Shown piece by piece: positions 59,248-64,000 of a stretch of DNA of 64,000 nucleotides. The notes beneath the pieces were generated by a model that made no database searches, was not told where the DNA came from, and worked only from the letters and a program-made list of their open reading frames with translations. Every line of letters starts with the position of its first letter. The first letter of the stretch is position 1. The stretch spans positions 496,001-560,000 of the forward strand of contig NW_020845647.1 in assembly GCF_003704095.1 (NCBI RefSeq). The letters run 5' to 3'. Both the position numbers and the translations under genes were made by a program. The stretch comes from Pocillopora damicornis (Eukaryota).

Positions 59248-60049
59248 CTATTTCCGGTAATTATAAGTGTTCCAGTCTTCAAAGCGGTGCCTCTTCGCTT
59301 TCAATCTTGTGTCTTCATCATACTCTCTTGGCTGGTTATATCCGCGAATATCCTTTGGGGCATCACCTTATGATCGAGGACAAAGAAAGGGTCACTATAC
59401 GAAAGACTTGTTCCCAGTCTCCTATCTTTTACCAAGGAGTCTTGTACTCAGACATCCCACGGTCGTGTTGTTGGGGAGAGTAATTTAGGGATCTGAAAAC
59501 GAAATTAGCGGGTGCCTCAGTGCTATCTGGTGAACTTGAGCTCTCTTTGAAAAGTTCTTACCGAAAAACTTTGATACAATTCGGTTGGTGTGGTTGAGTC
59601 GAATTTGTTATTCATTACAGTGACTGACTTTTCCCTTCGTAACAACTCCGGTTTTCTCCTCGTTTATAAATTACGTAGAACGGTTTATTTTTTTCAATTT
59701 TTTTAATTTACTTGTCTACTTATGGGCCTCATAATTCAACCTTTGTTTATATTATTCTCTCAGCAGTTTTTCGTTCGGAAAACAATTCATTTCAGTTTTC
59801 GGTTTTAATGAACATTTTGGCGAGTTTTCGTGTTTCAGGTGAACGCAAGAGAATGTAAACTGCAGTTTATAATCTCTTGTGTGTCCCTCCTTGATAAGAA
59901 ATACGTTCCCAAAGTAAAACAATGAACGGAACGAACAGTTTACCTTCTGGCTGGCCCACTTGGTTATTCCCCATATGAAACGCTTCAGAATAAGAAATAT
60001 ACACCGTGGCAGCGATAAACAATATAACAAGGGCTTTAAATTGCTGCAT
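59248..60049 (-). CDS. Small secreted peptide precursor, 2 exons, 74 aa (predicted)
   Basis: Exon 60049-59944 encodes signal peptide MQQFKALVILFIAATVYISYSEA then FHMGNNQVGQPE, with donor G|GTAAAC. Exon 59366-59248 follows a pyrimidine tract and AAG acceptor and encodes GDAPKDIRGYNQPREYDEDTRLKAKRHRFEDWNTYNYRK*. AATAAA about 70 nt after the stop (59177-59172). Confidence 0.6.
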
Positions 60050-62667
60050 CTTCTAAGAAAAAGCTATCTAAAGAAAAATCCACACAGAGTTGTCGAATCT
60101 TGATCAAGGAATGTTTTGAACAAAACTTATTCCTCCGTTTTTATCTGAGGCTGTCAGGAAAACCGGCAAAGGAAACATGTGTTGTGCAAGAAGGAGATGG
60201 GACAGAGCTGCCGGTTTCTTTGTGATAAGAAGCCAGCATCCACAACCACAGCCTAAAAATCAGCTGGATGCTTCCTTAAAGGAAAGTCCTTCCGTCATTT
60301 TATCATAAAAAAACTGATACCAAGCTGATTTTAATCCATTTTGAGTCATGTAGCATTTAGAGATCATTGCAAGCTGTTCACTCAACGTTTCTGGATCGAC
60401 AGAATAGCTTTTACTATTTTTTTAATACTAAATTAGCGATCTCAGCATAAGAATATCAGATACTCAAAGATTCAGCAGGCATTTTTTCGTGAGTCGAATT
60501 AACTCCACACTTAAACAATTATTGTTTGAGTGTTGGAGACAAAGGAATTCGATCCTCAAAAAATTTAGCACTCTCTCTCTCACAATTTAAAGTCAAGTCC
60601 ATCCCTTGTTTTTCCCGTCATTTTGATGATACTCTCCCAAGTTTAAACAAGTTGACCTTGAAAATATACTCTGTGTAATCCTGAGCACTAAGAAACAACA
60701 ATCATACATACATATTCAAAATTATCTTTATTGTTTGCGAATTCTCAGGTTGAACGCGAACTAAATGACACGGTCAACCTGTACATATATTAAGCGGTCA
60801 CCTCGTCACTCCCCGGGGTGACCGCTTAGTAAACCCATAGAGATCCTCCTGAAAGAAGTATCCACTTGGCTAACAGACGGCCGGCTCCCACACAACCATA
60901 TGACATGTAACATATTACCTGATAACAAAATATTTATCAAGTGAAAAATATATGGGTTATATCCTAAATGGTCCAGATAAGTTCATATCACTCCTGCCGG
61001 TCCGATATGGATCTGCATCCATTTAGATATCGCATTTAATTCTCAATAATGGATGATTCATAAACAATTAAAGTGACAGAGCCACTTGCCAAACGGACAC
61101 CAGGCATATTTAAACTGTATCTCAAGTATATTTTAATACTTTTGCACTTGTCTGAGTTAAGTTTTATCTTTGTTAGTAGAGTTTCTTTTTTTATTACCCA
61201 GGTAGAAAAGTTACCCAATGTGACAATTTCTCTAATCAAAGGGTCATCCTATAACGTTACCGCTTTTAGCTTTTTTTGCGTTTGAAACTTTTGTATCGGT
61301 TTTGATCAGTCTTAGCCTCGTGTGACCTAATGAACAACATACTCCTACCACTCTATTTGATGAAAGCTCTCAGAAGTCTTATGTAACAACATAACACTAC
61401 CACGGAAAAGGGCAATATAGTTTTACTGCTGCATTTGTGCAAGGATATGGCCACTTTAAAGACAGAAAGACACAACGAATGCACAGGTCGTGTGGCCATT
61501 TTGCCGGGAAATATTCAATTCCTCGTTTTTAAGCATAAAGCGTGATAAGTGGCGCGCAGGAATTTGAGAGAACGCGAGAAAAACTTGTAAATCACGAGCT
61601 ATAAGCGAGTGATTAATAAGCTTTTCGAGTACGTTGAACCAAACGCATTCATAATCACGAAGTATTTTAAGCTCTTTTCCTGGAACTGCATAGGGTAAGG
61701 CTGCAACGAGTTATTAAGTTCGTTGTTTGAATTAACCGAGGTCCTTTTTCAAATTTGGGTCGATCCTTCATGCAAATTCGAATTAAGTCGGTTGGCAATT
61801 CGTGAAAAGTTCGGCGTCTAAACGGCGCCTTGCTTCCTGCATGCTACCATGAATATCAATTTTTCTCTCATCATCCACAGGTAGAGTACAAATATGATAA
61901 TTTATTTGCGATGTTCTTGGTGAAAGGTACTCTGAGTGCAATAAATAGGTATATCGCAACGTGAATAGTTAGCCCAAAAACTGTGAGTAATAATTCCGTA
62001 TATGCCTCTCTCGTTATGACGATATATTTCTCCTTTTGGAGGAAAGTGAAAAATTGTTACAAACTCTGCGAAACAACACACGCCTCCGCCAAACGTTTTG
62101 AAGACGCGCGCAGATTTACGACTTCGAGGACGTACCAGTCACCTGAACCACATTTGTATTAGCTTTTTAATCTACATGACATCTTTTCAATTTATACCCC
62201 ATGCTCGCGAGTAATTGGTACTAATAAAGGCAGGCGGAGGAGTTCTGTTTGTTGGTCGATCCGTGCCGTTTGGCTGGCCAGAAGAAATGGGGTAAGTTTC
62301 GTTTGTTTGGCTGGCCAAAAGAAAACTGGCACTAGTTACCATTCTCCCTCCTGTGAGAATATTTAAAATGCTACGATTTGGACTACTTAAGTTCCTCAAA
62401 CTTTGAGAATCAAATTATGCGTAATTTCTCGAGTGTGTTTGTAAGCTATTAGGCGCCTGAATCACAGGACGTTATGAATTCCTTAAGGTGAGTGGCCCAT
62501 TCCTCCAAGATAATTGAAAATAATGTTTTAGATGGCGCGATTGTCGAAAGTTTGTCTTGAGCTCATGCAATTGCGGCGTAGAGAATGTAATATTTACCTT
62601 TGCCTGTCTATAGCAGTTTTAGCCTCAGTGTACTTGATGATGATAAACCTGTAATTGTTGGTCTTCT

Positions 62668-62668
62668 G

Positions 62669-62699
<31 letters not shown>

Positions 62700-62717
62700 G
62701 TAGATAGATAGATAGAT
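62668..62717. repeat. (TAGA)n microsatellite, probably the tail of the adjacent LINE
   Basis: About 12 TAGA units with one TAGG. Confidence 0.9.
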
Positions 62718-63625
62718 TATCTATATTTACCTACAGACATCAGCCATAAAAACATTCAAATATATAAACATGCATTAAATGGATAAGATACCATAAAAAC
62801 TATACTTAAAGCACATATCTAACTAAAGCTGCTTTCCATGAATGCCATGCCGGAACGTACTTCTTTAATTAAAAGCTTAAATAATCCAAGGGACTCTGCT
62901 TGTCATATGTCATGAGGAAGTCTGTTACAAAGAGTGGCGCCACTACAGCTAAAGCTATTTATGTAATAGTTTGTGTGCGGCTAAGGAACATTAAACTTAT
63001 TCTCAGAGTCTCTTAGGTTATACGCAGTTTCTCGCCTTTCAAATTTGGAACATAAATAATCTGGGGTTTAAAACCATGCAGAGACTTATAAACCATTGTG
63101 GCTCTTTGTATTTGCTGCTGGGAAGCTAGGTTTTTCCTGCTCAGGAGCTCAAACAAGTGACCAGCATTGGCGTCATAATTTGAATAAGTCAAAACATGGG
63201 CTGCTCTGTTTTGTGTCTTCTGTACCTTTTTCTGCAAAGTTATCCCGCAGTTTCCCCAAACAATATTACAATAGTCAAAATGTGGCTCAATCAGAGCTTG
63301 ATATATTAGAAGCAAAGTCGCTTGAGGGACAAGGTGCCTTATTCATTTTATAGCCCCAATGCCAGAAGCAACTTTCTTTGTTAGTTTATCAATGTGACTG
63401 CTCCAGTTAAGTTTGTTGTCAATGATCACTCCGAGTAATTTTGCAGTGGTGACCTGGCTAACTTGATTGTCTTAAATTGTGATCGTCAGAGAAACTGCAA
63501 GAGTACTTAATCTCTGCCTTGAACTGATGAGCATAAACTTGGTATTAGTCATATTTAGCATAAGTTTGTTTGCTCTCAACCAATTGAGAATACAACTGAA
63601 GATTGTCTACACGATCACCTGCATA
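62718..63625 (-). mobile_element. 5'-truncated, frameshifted CR1/L2-type LINE (ORF2 3' end)
   Basis: Translates in pieces to KLLGVIIDNKLNWSSHIDKLTKKVASGIGAIK...LLIYQALIEPHFDYCNIVWGNCG...KTQNRAA...MVYKSLHG...FSCSGATL, with stops and frameshifts. Confidence 0.85.
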
Positions 63626-63724
63626 TGTAAGGTGGGTGTTGTCGACATCACAAAGTGTGGATTGAAATTGACCAAATGTATGAGCAGTCTGTGGAAAAGT
63701 TGCTCTTTTTTTTCTATTTTACAC

Positions 63725-64000
63725 CAGTTCAGGTAATTTAGTGCTAACAACTGTGTTGAAAACGTAAATTGGCCACCGTAAAGAGTTAAAATAGCTGATG
63801 TTTTGAGCATTAGCCCTTTGTCAGAGCAATTGGAGGAATTGTGGGTTGTGTGTGGGTTTATATGCAGAAAGTGGAGCTACGCTATTGGTGGGAATATGGT
63901 GACAAGAAAACAGGAATAAATTAGTTGAATGAAAAGCACTCGTTGATTCCATGGGGATTAAGGGTGCCAATTTGGAAGATAAATTTTTATTATAGTGTTT
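63725..64000 (-). mobile_element. Penelope-like repeat with decayed hammerhead motif
   Basis: Minus strand GCTCTGACAAAGGGCTAATGCTCAAAACATCAGC is the 43.17-kb motif with four CpG-to-CpA/TpG changes; the flank is shared with the 5950-6090 copy. Confidence 0.65.

Noticed and set aside
59944-60049. Signal-peptide exon splicing onto the bHLH exon (also phase 1)
   Set aside because: A nearer in-phase terminal exon with its own poly(A) signal exists, and a secreted bHLH is implausible.

Overview
AT-rich, intron-containing animal genomic DNA, most likely a stony coral. This is an inference from the gene content, the short GT-AG introns and the style of the repeats. I reconstructed ten protein-coding genes by hand, with splice phases checked: a 5'-truncated class C GPCR (+), SIAE (-, 7 exons) head-to-head with GAS8/DRC4 (+, 14 exons), MYLIP/IDOL (+, 4 exons), a Shaker/Kv1 channel (+, 2 exons), an intronless GPR161-like class A GPCR (-), PRMT5 (-, 22 exons) head-to-head with PYURF/preY (+, 2 exons; start codons only 68 bp apart), a bHLH transcription factor (-), and a small secreted peptide precursor (-). 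The top finding is invisible in the ORF track. A 64-nt exon at 58331-58394 encodes a perfect N-terminal SNAG motif (MPRSFLVKRRK) and splices in phase across a 4.2-kb intron onto the bHLH exon, giving a 466-aa SNAG-bHLH protein. I know SNAG only on C2H2 zinc-finger and homeodomain proteins. A second in-phase upstream exon could give a SNAG-less isoform. The window also holds MITEs, tRNA-like SINEs, LINE fragments, Penelope-type minimal hammerhead motifs and visible CpG-depleted domains.
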